A DNA stretch of 10,425 nucleotides, taken from the NCBI GenBank assembly GCA_019358935.1, contig JAHHIK010000181.1:1-10425 (forward strand), given 5' to 3'. The DNA is from Tolypothrix carrinoi HA7290-LM1. Its GTDB lineage: Bacteria > Cyanobacteriota > Cyanobacteriia > Cyanobacteriales > Nostocaceae. Made by a program: the position numbers and the translations under genes. The notes below the pieces were generated by a model, which ran no database searches, had not been told where the DNA came from, and worked only from the letters and a program-made list of their open reading frames with translations. Positions 1 through 7,530 of the stretch are shown here, piece after piece (position 1 is the first letter of the stretch; every line of letters begins with the position of its first letter).

Positions 1-62
1 GGGAGATGGGGGAGACAAGGAAGACGAAAAGACAAACTCCCCCTGCAAGATGTGCCCCCTGC

Positions 63-170
63 TCCCTTGTCAAGAAAGTCCCCCTTGTCCCCCTTGTCCC
101 CCTTGTCCCCCTTGTCCCCCTTGTCCCCCTTGTCCCCTTGTCAAGAAAGTCCCCTTATCTCCCCACTCCC
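63..170. repeat. Short tandem repeat array (GTCCCCCTT)6 plus degenerate copies, Nostocales STRR-like
   Basis: Six perfect 9-mers at 78-131 and an 8-nt copy at 132-139. They are bracketed by a 20-bp direct repeat CCCTTGTCAAGAAAGTCCCC (64-83 and 135-154). Complementary G-rich units (GGGGGAGACAAGG) at ~8-20 could pair with the array. It lies just 3' of the cytochrome c stop codon. Confidence 0.9.
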
Positions 171-171
171 C

Positions 172-705
172 CTACTTCCACTCTGAAGTCAGGCTGCGAA
201 AGTTGAAGTCGGTAGCGCTGGGATGACAGCTGGCACAGCTACCTACTTGTACGGGGCGTGGTAATTGCACTTTGGGATGCAAAGCTTTAAAATAGCGCGA
301 ATCGCTGAAGCGATAAGGTGTTGGTTCTTCTTTGAGGTGGGAACGGGAAAAAGTTGACAGATATCTCCACACCAGGATGCGCGGTGGATCGACTAAAGGT
401 TTGAGTTGTGCGCCGTAGTGCTGCGAATCTTGCAGAAGGTTTTTCCAGGTTTGGGTGGGAAAAACTGCCGGGGGAAGGGCAATGTGACAATTAGAGCAAT
501 TTTCTAAATATAATTGTTGTCCTAACTGATATTGTGCTGGCACTACGTCAACCGTGCCGACTTCACTAGTGTTTGTAGCACCTTGAACGTTAGTTGCCAA
601 AAAAAGAAGCCAGCCCATAGCCAGACTCCACGCTAAAATTATCACCATTAAACCGATAGTTTTTCGCTTTGTTGGGCGGGATTTGCGCTTCACTAGATTT
701 GACAT
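172..705 (-). CDS. Diheme cytochrome c (DHC family), signal peptide or N-terminal membrane anchor
   Basis: 177 aa with two CxxCH motifs (CSNCH, CASCH). The segment 'HIALPPAVFPTQTW..LL.D..HYG' is typical of DHC proteins. A basic N-terminus is followed by a hydrophobic helix. Confidence 0.9.
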   Translation of the reverse strand: MSNLVKRKSRPTKRKTIGLMVIILAWSLAMGWLLFLATNVQGATNTSEVGTVDVVPAQYQLGQQLYLENCSNCHIALPPAVFPTQTWKNLLQDSQHYGAQLKPLVDPPRILVWRYLSTFSRSHLKEEPTPYRFSDSRYFKALHPKVQLPRPVQVGSCASCHPSATDFNFRSLTSEWK

Positions 706-790
706 TGTTCTGACTCACAGATATTTAAATGTGGCGCTTGAGCTAATAATAAGACTTATCCAGCGCTTGTGGTATTTCTAGCTTTGGTTA

Positions 791-900
791 AATATAGCGG
801 TTCTCACTTGCGTCAAATACATTCTGATGTAGGGACAATTCATGAATTGTCCAAGAGTGCGTATCGTTGTGTATTGCATCCAACTGAAAACGGCTATATT
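791..900. mobile_element. Small non-coding MITE/REP-like element with imperfect terminal inverted repeats and a central GTAG-type palindrome
   Basis: 791-820 matches the reverse complement of 871-900 at 23/30 positions (AATATAGC...AATAC). It carries a central perfect 20-bp palindrome GGACAATTCATGAATTGTCC (833-852) that begins within a GTAGGG motif. The same core recurs at 4631-4660. Confidence 0.75.
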
Positions 901-965
901 GCCGGATAACAATTTATTTGTCGTGTTATCAAATTAATCTGGTTAAAGATTTTTGCTTGTTGTTT

Positions 966-1911
966 TCACAGTTGCTGGGTTTGGGACGCTACTAGCTCAC
1001 GTAGCCAAATGTGTAGCGGATCGTAATGGCAACGCTCATGCCAAACCTGTATATAGTTGTACTTACCAAGTTCAATCGGTGGTTCAAGCACAGCCAGGTT
1101 TGTATATTTAGCAAACAGCATGGCAATTCGACGAGGCAACGTCAGAATGAGATCGGTCTGTTGCACAATTAGAGGAGCCGAGAGAAAATGCGGTAACTTC
1201 AACATGACTCGACGCTTCACGCCTAAGCTATCCAACACAGTATCCACATGGCTTATAGGCGAGTTGGGGATTGCGTTTACAGACGAGTTCGTAATTGTAA
1301 TTAAGGCGTGTGACCAAGCAATGTAAGATTCAAGTGTAAAATCCGTTTGAGCGATCGGATGATCGGCTCGAACCACAGATACGAAATCTTCTACAAATAA
1401 CTTTTGAACTTTAAACTCATTAGTTTCTGGTAGATTTAGAACTCCTAAACCTAGATCGATCGCTCCATTTCGTAAGTTATCTAATGTGTCAGAACGCCAA
1501 TGATGGCATTCCAAATTCAGTTGGGGAGCCTGTTGAGAAATTTGATTTAAAACTGAAGGAAGAATCACGGCAGTTGCATAATCTGATGCAGCTAATTGAA
1601 TGGTGCTTTGTGCTGTTTTTGGATCAAAAACGGTTGGTTGAATTAACTGCTCGATATTTAACAAAATTTTTTGTAATGGCTCTAGTAACTCAAGAGCGCG
1701 TGGTGTAGGAACCATGCCTTTCGGAGAGCGCACTCTTCTGTGGATCGTTGAACACTTGACGTAATCGCCCAAGCGCATGACTGGTAGCGGATTGACTCAA
1801 ACCAATTCTTTCTCCAGCATTCGTGACGTTACGCTCTTCTTTGCAGGCAGATAACACCAGTAGAAGATTAAAATCCAATGTCAACAAATTTATTTTATGC
1901 ATAGGCATCAT
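966..1911 (-). pseudogene. LysR-family transcriptional regulator (NodD/NahR/MexT-like subgroup), frameshifted
   Basis: The HTH (LDFNLLLVL...NVTNAGERIGLSQSATSHALGRLRQVFNDP) is in ORF 1690..1911. The linker and effector domain (VRSPKGMVPTPRA...FDP...WHER..DPLHIWLR) is in ORF 966..1778. Seven nt (1734-1740) lie between the 'DP' and 'VR' codons where 6 are expected, giving a +1 frameshift. The start could be 1911, 1908 or 1902. Confidence 0.9.
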
Positions 1912-1992
1912 CTATATTATGCATTTGAAAAATTATACTAATTTTTTTAACATACTTCTTAGTTTTAAAATCACTGTATGAAAAAGTCAAAG

Positions 1993-2123
1993 TAATTCAT
2001 AGTTAATAATTCATAATTCATAATTTCAATTAGTGAGAGCTTGAACTCTCCACGTAATTGTTGACCACGCTCATTAAAAATGAGCTTCGCGCTTTACCGA
2101 TTAATTATGAATTAATAATTATT
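1993..2123. repeat. Nostocales-type dispersed repeat: TAATTCA heptamers flanking two stem-loops
   Basis: TAATTCA occurs at 1993, 2007 and 2014, with inverted TATGAATTA-like units at ~2102-2123. Internal hairpins are CAATTA...TAATTG (2027-2060) and GCTCATT-AAA-AATGAGC (2069-2085). Confidence 0.6.
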
Positions 2124-2137
2124 AGGTCAAACCTATC

Positions 2138-2371
2138 TTGGGGTTGGTACGAATCACAATTAATGCAATGGTGCTAATTGGATCAAGCATTTTTGTGTGG
2201 GCAATGTACCAACTTCAAGCACCTGCCGATGCAAAAAATATGATAGCGATCGCACTTGCGATTTCTATTGCCCTACTCACAGTGAGTTGTTATGCAATAC
2301 TCTCCAAAGCTTATCGTGATGCAGGGGCAGGCAGTTCCTACTACTATGCTGAAGCGGCAATTTTAAGCTAA
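2138..2371 (+). pseudogene. N-terminal remnant of an APC-superfamily (amino acid) permease
   Basis: LGL...TINAM.LIGS.IF resembles APC TM1, and 'LLT..CYA.LSKAY.DAGAGSSYYYA' resembles the conserved TM2-3 loop (Y.EL...YP.AG..Y.Y). It has only 77 codons and a TTG start. Degenerate similarity may continue to ~2450. Confidence 0.65.
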
Positions 2372-2487
2372 CAGGAGTATACGCAACTAAACTTCTAAAA
2401 AATTTACGCTTAAAACTATTGATAAATTGGTGACTTAGCCTTATTCTACTTTAACATAGTCGGACTTCAAACTATCTATTAACAATC

Positions 2488-4497
2488 GTGGTTAAAACTA
2501 ATAATACCAGCCCGTCTGTTGCACAGAAGGATGATTATCCAGGACGGGCGTACTTTGTTCGGCATGGTGAAAGCACCAGTAACGAACGTAACATTTTTGC
2601 TGGGGTACTGGATGTTGATCTCACCGCATTTGGTAGGTTGCAGGCACGGCGTGCAGGTGTTGACATTAAGAAAAAAGGTGTCAAGTTTGATGCAGTATAC
2701 GTATCTCACATGAGACGGGCGCGGCAAACTTGTGAAATCGCCCTTGCTGAAAGTCAAGCGCTCAAGTCGCCCGATATCCCTGTTCAAATCGACCATCGAA
2801 TTAGCGAGAAATCCTTTGGCATTTTTGCGGGTCGTAACCTAAATCTACTTCGTCTTGCCCTTGGCTACGAAGGCTTTGAGGAAATGTTGCATTCCCATAA
2901 CGAAGCACCTCCAGCGGGCGAGAAGATTGCCCAAGTTTACGGACGGGCTGCTTCTTTCTATGACGAGCGGATTGTACCGCACTTGAAACGGGGCGAAACT
3001 GTTTTAGTAGTGTGCCATCAATATGTATTGGAGCCTTTAGCACTTTATTTAAGTGATTTACCACCGACTGATTATAAACATCTGAAACTCCCCAATGGTA
3101 AAGCTCTCAGTGGTGAGGAGCTAGTGAAGTTTCGCAACAAAGAATCTGGCGGTACAGCTTCTTTGCGTAAACAGATCAACGATCTGTCAATTATGTGGGC
3201 AATTTTGCTTTATGCTGCTGCTTTCTTACTGGGAAGCTTGGTTAGGGCAGTAAGCGCTTCTTCCGGAGGAATTCCCTCAGAGCTATTTCGAGGGATAATC
3301 GTTGTCTGTCTGGCGGCTTCAACGTTTTATACTTACCTGGATATTGACTTTGCAGCGAGTAAACGCAAAGTAACTTCAACTGTGAAGTATATAGTCTATG
3401 CGTGGATGTTGGCGAGATGGGTAGTTGGGCTAGCTTTAATATTTTCTGGAATCTTGTATCAAAGCCCCGGCGATTTGTACAAAGTTATGTGGGTGCTTTT
3501 TTGGATGGTTCCACCCGCTCTTACTTCCCCAGTTTTATCGGTACTCTGGGGCGGTAATCTTTATCCCTCGGCTATCTTATCAAGGATGTTATCAATTATC
3601 GCTCCAGTGGCACTGATTGTTACATTTGGCTTGGCAAAACAATTACCAATTAACTCTTCCAGCTTGATATTTTTCGGTGTCATTCTAATTGTTGGTTTGG
3701 CAATACCGGGAGCTTTAGCTCAATTTTGGCGTGACAAATCTCCTGTAGAATCAAACCACCACAGTAAGAACTGGAAATTTATCGGAGTGCTTGCTGTCGC
3801 ATTTATGGCTTTGGCAACTGGGTTTCAGTTTACTCCATCAACATTCCTTTCGGATTTATTTTTCTCAACGGATGCGAACCGCTCCCTAGCTTGTCTGCAA
3901 CAATTGGCAGTGGCAACATTAGTCTTTATCTTAATGCGCGTCTTTGCTGTATTAACTTCAGTGTTTACAAAAGACAAGCTGATCAAGGCAGAAGCGAGGG
4001 ATGCTTATATCCTGCTTGTTAATCCCAACTTTTTCCTTTGGGCTGCTCTTTTCCTCGGAGTTAGTGCAACTGCAAATCCCGAAGCCGTAAGATATGCAAT
4101 TTTTTGGGCAGCACTGGGATTCTTCTGTATACCACTCATTGAGCAGATATTGTTTATGAATTCATTTGGTAATGAATTATTGCGAGAAACACTGCGTTCT
4201 TCGAGAATGGCAACAGAAGATGTGAGAAAACTTTTCCAGCAATTGGATACAGATGGCAGCAATGCACTCAATAAAGACGAGATTATGGAGCTTTTAGGTC
4301 GAATAGAAGATATGACAACAGGAGAACGTAGCTCTGAAGATGTCAGGAGGTACGTAACTGATTATCTTTTTGCCACTCTTGACTCCGATAAAAATGGCAC
4401 AGTCGATATACAAGAGTTAGAAGAGTATGTATCAACTTACGGGTTAGTTGCTAACCTTAACGTTGTCTCTGCTGCTGCATCCCCGGTAACAACATAA
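2488..4497 (+). CDS. Fusion protein: histidine phosphatase (dPGM-like) + ~10-TM BASS/Acr3-like transporter + two EF-hands
   Basis: Uninterrupted 669-aa ORF with a GTG start. Residues 20-207 carry RHGES..N, S.MRRA.QT, E107, PP.GE and VLVVCH177. Residues ~235-556 hold ten hydrophobic segments, including PPALTSPVLSVLWGGN and LAIPGALAQFWR. EF loops are DTDGSNALNKDE (aa 587, nt 4246-4281) and DSDKNGTVDIQE (aa 632, nt 4381-4416). The transporter family assignment is the least certain part. Confidence 0.85.
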   Translation: MVKTNNTSPSVAQKDDYPGRAYFVRHGESTSNERNIFAGVLDVDLTAFGRLQARRAGVDIKKKGVKFDAVYVSHMRRARQTCEIALAESQALKSPDIPVQIDHRISEKSFGIFAGRNLNLLRLALGYEGFEEMLHSHNEAPPAGEKIAQVYGRAASFYDERIVPHLKRGETVLVVCHQYVLEPLALYLSDLPPTDYKHLKLPNGKALSGEELVKFRNKESGGTASLRKQINDLSIMWAILLYAAAFLLGSLVRAVSASSGGIPSELFRGIIVVCLAASTFYTYLDIDFAASKRKVTSTVKYIVYAWMLARWVVGLALIFSGILYQSPGDLYKVMWVLFWMVPPALTSPVLSVLWGGNLYPSAILSRMLSIIAPVALIVTFGLAKQLPINSSSLIFFGVILIVGLAIPGALAQFWRDKSPVESNHHSKNWKFIGVLAVAFMALATGFQFTPSTFLSDLFFSTDANRSLACLQQLAVATLVFILMRVFAVLTSVFTKDKLIKAEARDAYILLVNPNFFLWAALFLGVSATANPEAVRYAIFWAALGFFCIPLIEQILFMNSFGNELLRETLRSSRMATEDVRKLFQQLDTDGSNALNKDEIMELLGRIEDMTTGERSSEDVRRYVTDYLFATLDSDKNGTVDIQELEEYVSTYGLVANLNVVSAAASPVTT

Positions 4498-4630
4498 GAA
4501 AGCGAGGCAGGGCGATCGCATCTTAATTAGTCTTGACAAAACCCTTGGTTAGTGTATCAACATCAGAACTTATCGTTTGATTAATTTTCACTTACAGCAA
4601 TTCTCGTAAAGGGTGAATAATGGGCGTATT

Positions 4631-4660
4631 TGTAGGGACAATTCATGAATTGTCCCTACA
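4631..4660. repeat. Perfect 30-bp GTAG-type REP palindrome, second copy of the 791-900 element core
   Basis: TGTAGGGACAATTCATGAATTGTCCCTACA is its own reverse complement. The flanks (TACAGCAATTCTC at ~4593, TGTATTGTACACAAC at ~4672) resemble decayed ends of the first copy. Confidence 0.9.
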
Positions 4661-4689
4661 CCAAGCAATAATGTATTGTACACAACGCA

Positions 4690-4865
4690 GTATTGGGGTT
4701 AATGAATATTACTTGACGTTCAATCCACGAACTCGAACAGTTAATGGAACCTACAAGTATAGTTTCTATGATTTAAACAACAGTCCACTGGATCAAAATA
4801 CTCAACCGCTTCCGTATGGAACCTTTGAATTCAGCTACCAAGGGGTGAAACTTAAGGCTGACTAA
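4690..4865 (+). pseudogene. Probable 3' remnant of an unidentified gene
   Basis: The first ~23 codons of ORF 4620..4865 are translated repeat DNA. The remainder (IGVNEYYLTFNPRTRTVNGTYKYSFY...GTFEFSYQGVKLKAD*) has an alternating beta-strand pattern and looks like real protein. I do not recognise the family. Confidence 0.45.
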
Positions 4866-4957
4866 AGATAAATGTTTTTTATAACTTATGTTTGATGTTT
4901 AAGTCCTGCTACGCTCCTTAGCCAAAAAATGCTATTTAGAACTAATGGTTAACAATA

Positions 4958-5731
4958 ATGGATAGACGAACCTTACTTAAACTCATTGGATTTGGGACGC
5001 TGGAAATTTCCTTGGGTGTCAGTTTCCCATCAAGGGTGTCTGCTGTTGGACACGAAGTTCACTGGGGCTATATCGGAGAAAGCGGCGCCCAGAATTGGGG
5101 GAACCTGTCTCCCGAATTTCAACTGTGCAAAACGGGAATCCAGCAATCGCCAATTGATTTGCACGGATCGGTTCCAGCCCAACTCGAAGCAATTGAAATT
5201 AATTATAAGGAAAGTCCTCTACGCATCGTCAATAACGGTCACACCATCCAAGTGAACTATGAATCGGGAAGCTCAATTAAGCTGGACGGTGAGACCTTTA
5301 ACCTGGTGCAATTTCACTTCCACGACCCCAGCGAACACACGATTGAGAAAAAATTATTTGACATGGAATTGCATCTAGTACACCGCAGCGAGGCTGGTGC
5401 ATTAGCTGTGATTGGAGTGTTATTGAAGCAGGGACAACACAATGCTGCCCTGCAACCGATCTGGGACGCATTCCCAAATCGCAACGAACCAGAGCAATTA
5501 GTGAAGACAGTGAAAATAAATGCAGAGCAATTTTTACCAAAAGACCGAAAAATTTACCGCTACTTTGGCTCTCTGACGACGCCACCCTGCTCCCAAGGAG
5601 TGAACTGGATTGTGATGCAGCAGCCTATTGAAATCTCACAAAATCAGATCCAGCGATTTGCCAACTTAATATCCATTGATGCCAGACCTGTGCAACCGCT
5701 AAACAATCGCTTTGTGTTGCGTTCGAGTTGA
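4958..5731 (+). CDS. cah: Alpha-class carbonic anhydrase with twin-arginine (Tat) signal peptide (EcaA/Cah-like)
   Basis: MDRRTLLK Tat motif, then HWGY, QSPIDL and NNGHT (proton shuttle His). Zn ligands lie in QFHFH and ELHLVH. SEH, YFGSLTTPPC and RPVQP are present, as are both disulfide cysteines. Confidence 0.95.
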   Translation: MDRRTLLKLIGFGTLEISLGVSFPSRVSAVGHEVHWGYIGESGAQNWGNLSPEFQLCKTGIQQSPIDLHGSVPAQLEAIEINYKESPLRIVNNGHTIQVNYESGSSIKLDGETFNLVQFHFHDPSEHTIEKKLFDMELHLVHRSEAGALAVIGVLLKQGQHNAALQPIWDAFPNRNEPEQLVKTVKINAEQFLPKDRKIYRYFGSLTTPPCSQGVNWIVMQQPIEISQNQIQRFANLISIDARPVQPLNNRFVLRSS

Positions 5732-5747
5732 ATAACGACGAAACAAT

Positions 5748-5774
5748 CCCCGATTTTTAACAAGCAAGTCGGGG
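5748..5774 (+). terminator. Stem-loop downstream of the carbonic anhydrase (terminator/stabiliser or small dispersed palindrome)
   Basis: CCCCGATTT (5748-5756) pairs with AAGTCGGGG (5766-5774) with one G-U pair and a 9-nt loop. No U-tract follows. Confidence 0.5.
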
Positions 5775-5830
5775 TAGTTGAAAGTATCAGAATAGACTAT
5801 AACGCTGTGTAAGTATCAAATTAGGTAGCC

Positions 5831-7019
5831 ATGAAAACTTTTGCAATATCATTTATAGAAGCTCTTGCTGGTTCTGATTTTTGGAAACTCATTTTTAATG
5901 CAGACATCTCTATCGTTAACACACCGATACCGCTGTTCAAAATCGTTCTTATCGTCATTGTCCTCACACTTACTCTGGCGTTAAAACAAGTTTTCTCCGA
6001 AATTATCATTCGTAGAATCGAGCGTCTAACTAGCAAAACGCAGACCACTTTTGACGATGAGTTGGTCGAGATTATCAAGCAACCTTTAAACTGGCTGATT
6101 GTTATCGGTGGACTTTGGATAGTGCAGCTAATTCTGGCAGAAAATTTCGGAACAGAATTCAACGAAAAAGTAGAAGGGATTCTCAGGTTTGGTGCTTACG
6201 CTACCTTCTTATTTATTGTTTACCGTGCCGCTCCTGTGTTGGGAGAGGTGCTGAAACAATGGACGCTCTCAACTGAAACCGAGCTAGACGATTTGCTCGT
6301 GCCCTATTTGCCGAAATTGTTTCAGGTGTTGGCGATCGCGATTATCTTGCTTAAAGCAAGTGAAGTGTTTTTGGGTGCATCCGCAGGGGCACTCATCGGG
6401 TTGCTTGGTGGAGCGGGTGTTGCGATCGGTTTGTTATTGAAAGACCTGATCTATGACTTGTGTTGTACCGTCATTATCTACGTAGATAACCTGTTTCGAC
6501 CCGGTGACCAAGTGACGATGCATGGAGTAGAGGGTCTAATTAAAGTGGAAAATGTTGGACTCAGAAGTACAACCCTTCGTATACTGACCAGAAACACTAT
6601 CCAAAAAGTGCCCAATTCTAAAATGATTAATGGAGTCGTTGAAAATTGCTTCCAATCGGTAGGGAATGATAATTCAATAGGTATCAACTTAAAGAGTGAA
6701 AATTGATAATATTTCGGCAGAAAAAACAGAGAAAATTTGTGTCGATCTTCGATAAATTCCCAAGTCAATTGATATCTTGACGGAAAAGTTTTTTATCTAC
6801 TTTAGCGAGCTAAATCAAAATTCTCGTATCATTAAAATTAGGGTTTTTGCTAATACTAATGGTAATCCCAAATTATACTTTGATACCATTGAAAAAGTCA
6901 ACTTAGCGATACTGACCCTACTGGAGAAAGAGCAGATTAATCTATTCTCCTATTATCCGGTGCAACTTCAAAATCAGCTTGGAGAAGCTCAAAATAACTT
7001 AGAACCGCTGAAAAATTGA
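5831..7019 (+). pseudogene. MscS-family mechanosensitive channel, frameshift plus premature stop
   Basis: Gly/Ala-rich pore helix LIGLLGGAGVAIGLLLKD, then FRPGD.V, G..KVENVGLRSTTLR and VPNS. An extra A at 6691-6693 shifts the frame. The +1 frame continues RVKIDNISAEKTEKICVDLR*(TAA 6753-6755)IPKSID... into ORF 6777..7019, which ends with an MscS-like C-terminal helix (EKVNLAILTLLEKEQI). Confidence 0.9.
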
Positions 7020-7109
7020 CAAAGCAGATAAATACACCAAATGCATTAGACATCTGCGAAAAAGAATGTATGGCGATCAGCAAATGACAACTTAAGGATA
7101 GGTAAGTTG

Positions 7110-7469
7110 ATGGTAAGAATCTCAAAAACTACTGCCAGAAAAATGTGGCTTAGAGAAATATTTAGATTTCAAGGTTCTGTTATTCCTGGAATTTTGGAAC
7201 GTTCTCTCTTCTGTGCTGCATTTAGTATTCTGATTTCCTTTCTTTACTTTATTAAATTGCCCGTTGCTCAACCGATTTTAGGCAGTGTAATTCCCAGTAT
7301 TGTTTTAGCTTTATTGCTAGTATTTCGTACTAATACAGCTTATGAGCGATTTTGGGAAGGAAGAAAACTTTGGGGTAGTACAGTTAACACTATCCGCAAT
7401 TTAGCTTGGCAAATTTGGGTTGCAGTTGACGAAGTTGAACCTGGAGATCGAGAGCGTAAAATTACCACA
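7110..7469 (+). pseudogene. Bestrophin-family (YneE-like) anion channel, 3'-truncated
   Basis: GSVIP and LALLLVFRTNTAYERFWEGRKLWG..VN..RNLA are hallmark bacterial bestrophin motifs. Similarity ends after ~120 aa at 'RERKITT', whereas full-length members are about 300 aa. The ORF reads on through unrelated sequence to a stop at 7544. Confidence 0.9.
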
Positions 7470-7530
7470 TGTGGTAGGGAGCTATTTTCTGATGAACGAT
7501 TTTTAACTTTTTTTCAAGCCAAAAATTTAT

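Noticed and set aside
63..154. Possible CRISPR array from the 20-bp direct repeats
   Set aside because: There are only two copies, the intervening DNA is itself tandem repeat rather than a unique spacer, and no cas genes are present.
6..206. 66-aa ORF with (VPL)n
   Set aside because: It is a translation of the 9-bp tandem repeat and overlaps the cytochrome c 3' end on the opposite strand.
966..1911. LysR as CmpR/NdhR/CbbR carbon-uptake regulator
   Set aside because: The motifs (LDFNLL, SQSATSHAL.RLR..F.DP, WHER...DP...WLR) fit the NodD/NahR/MexT-like subgroup, not the CbbR group.
2488..3110. Calling the gene gpmA
   Set aside because: Substrate-binding residues are altered, and the domain is fused to membrane and EF-hand domains.
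4533..4560. TTGACA as a sigma70 -35 box
   Set aside because: There is no convincing -10 box at 17-bp spacing (only TATCAA at 16 bp).
4620..4865. 81-aa ORF as a complete gene
   Set aside because: Its start and first ~23 codons derive from the REP-like repeat. Only the tail looks coding.
6777..7019. 80-aa ORF as a separate gene
   Set aside because: It is the C-terminal part of the broken MscS gene.
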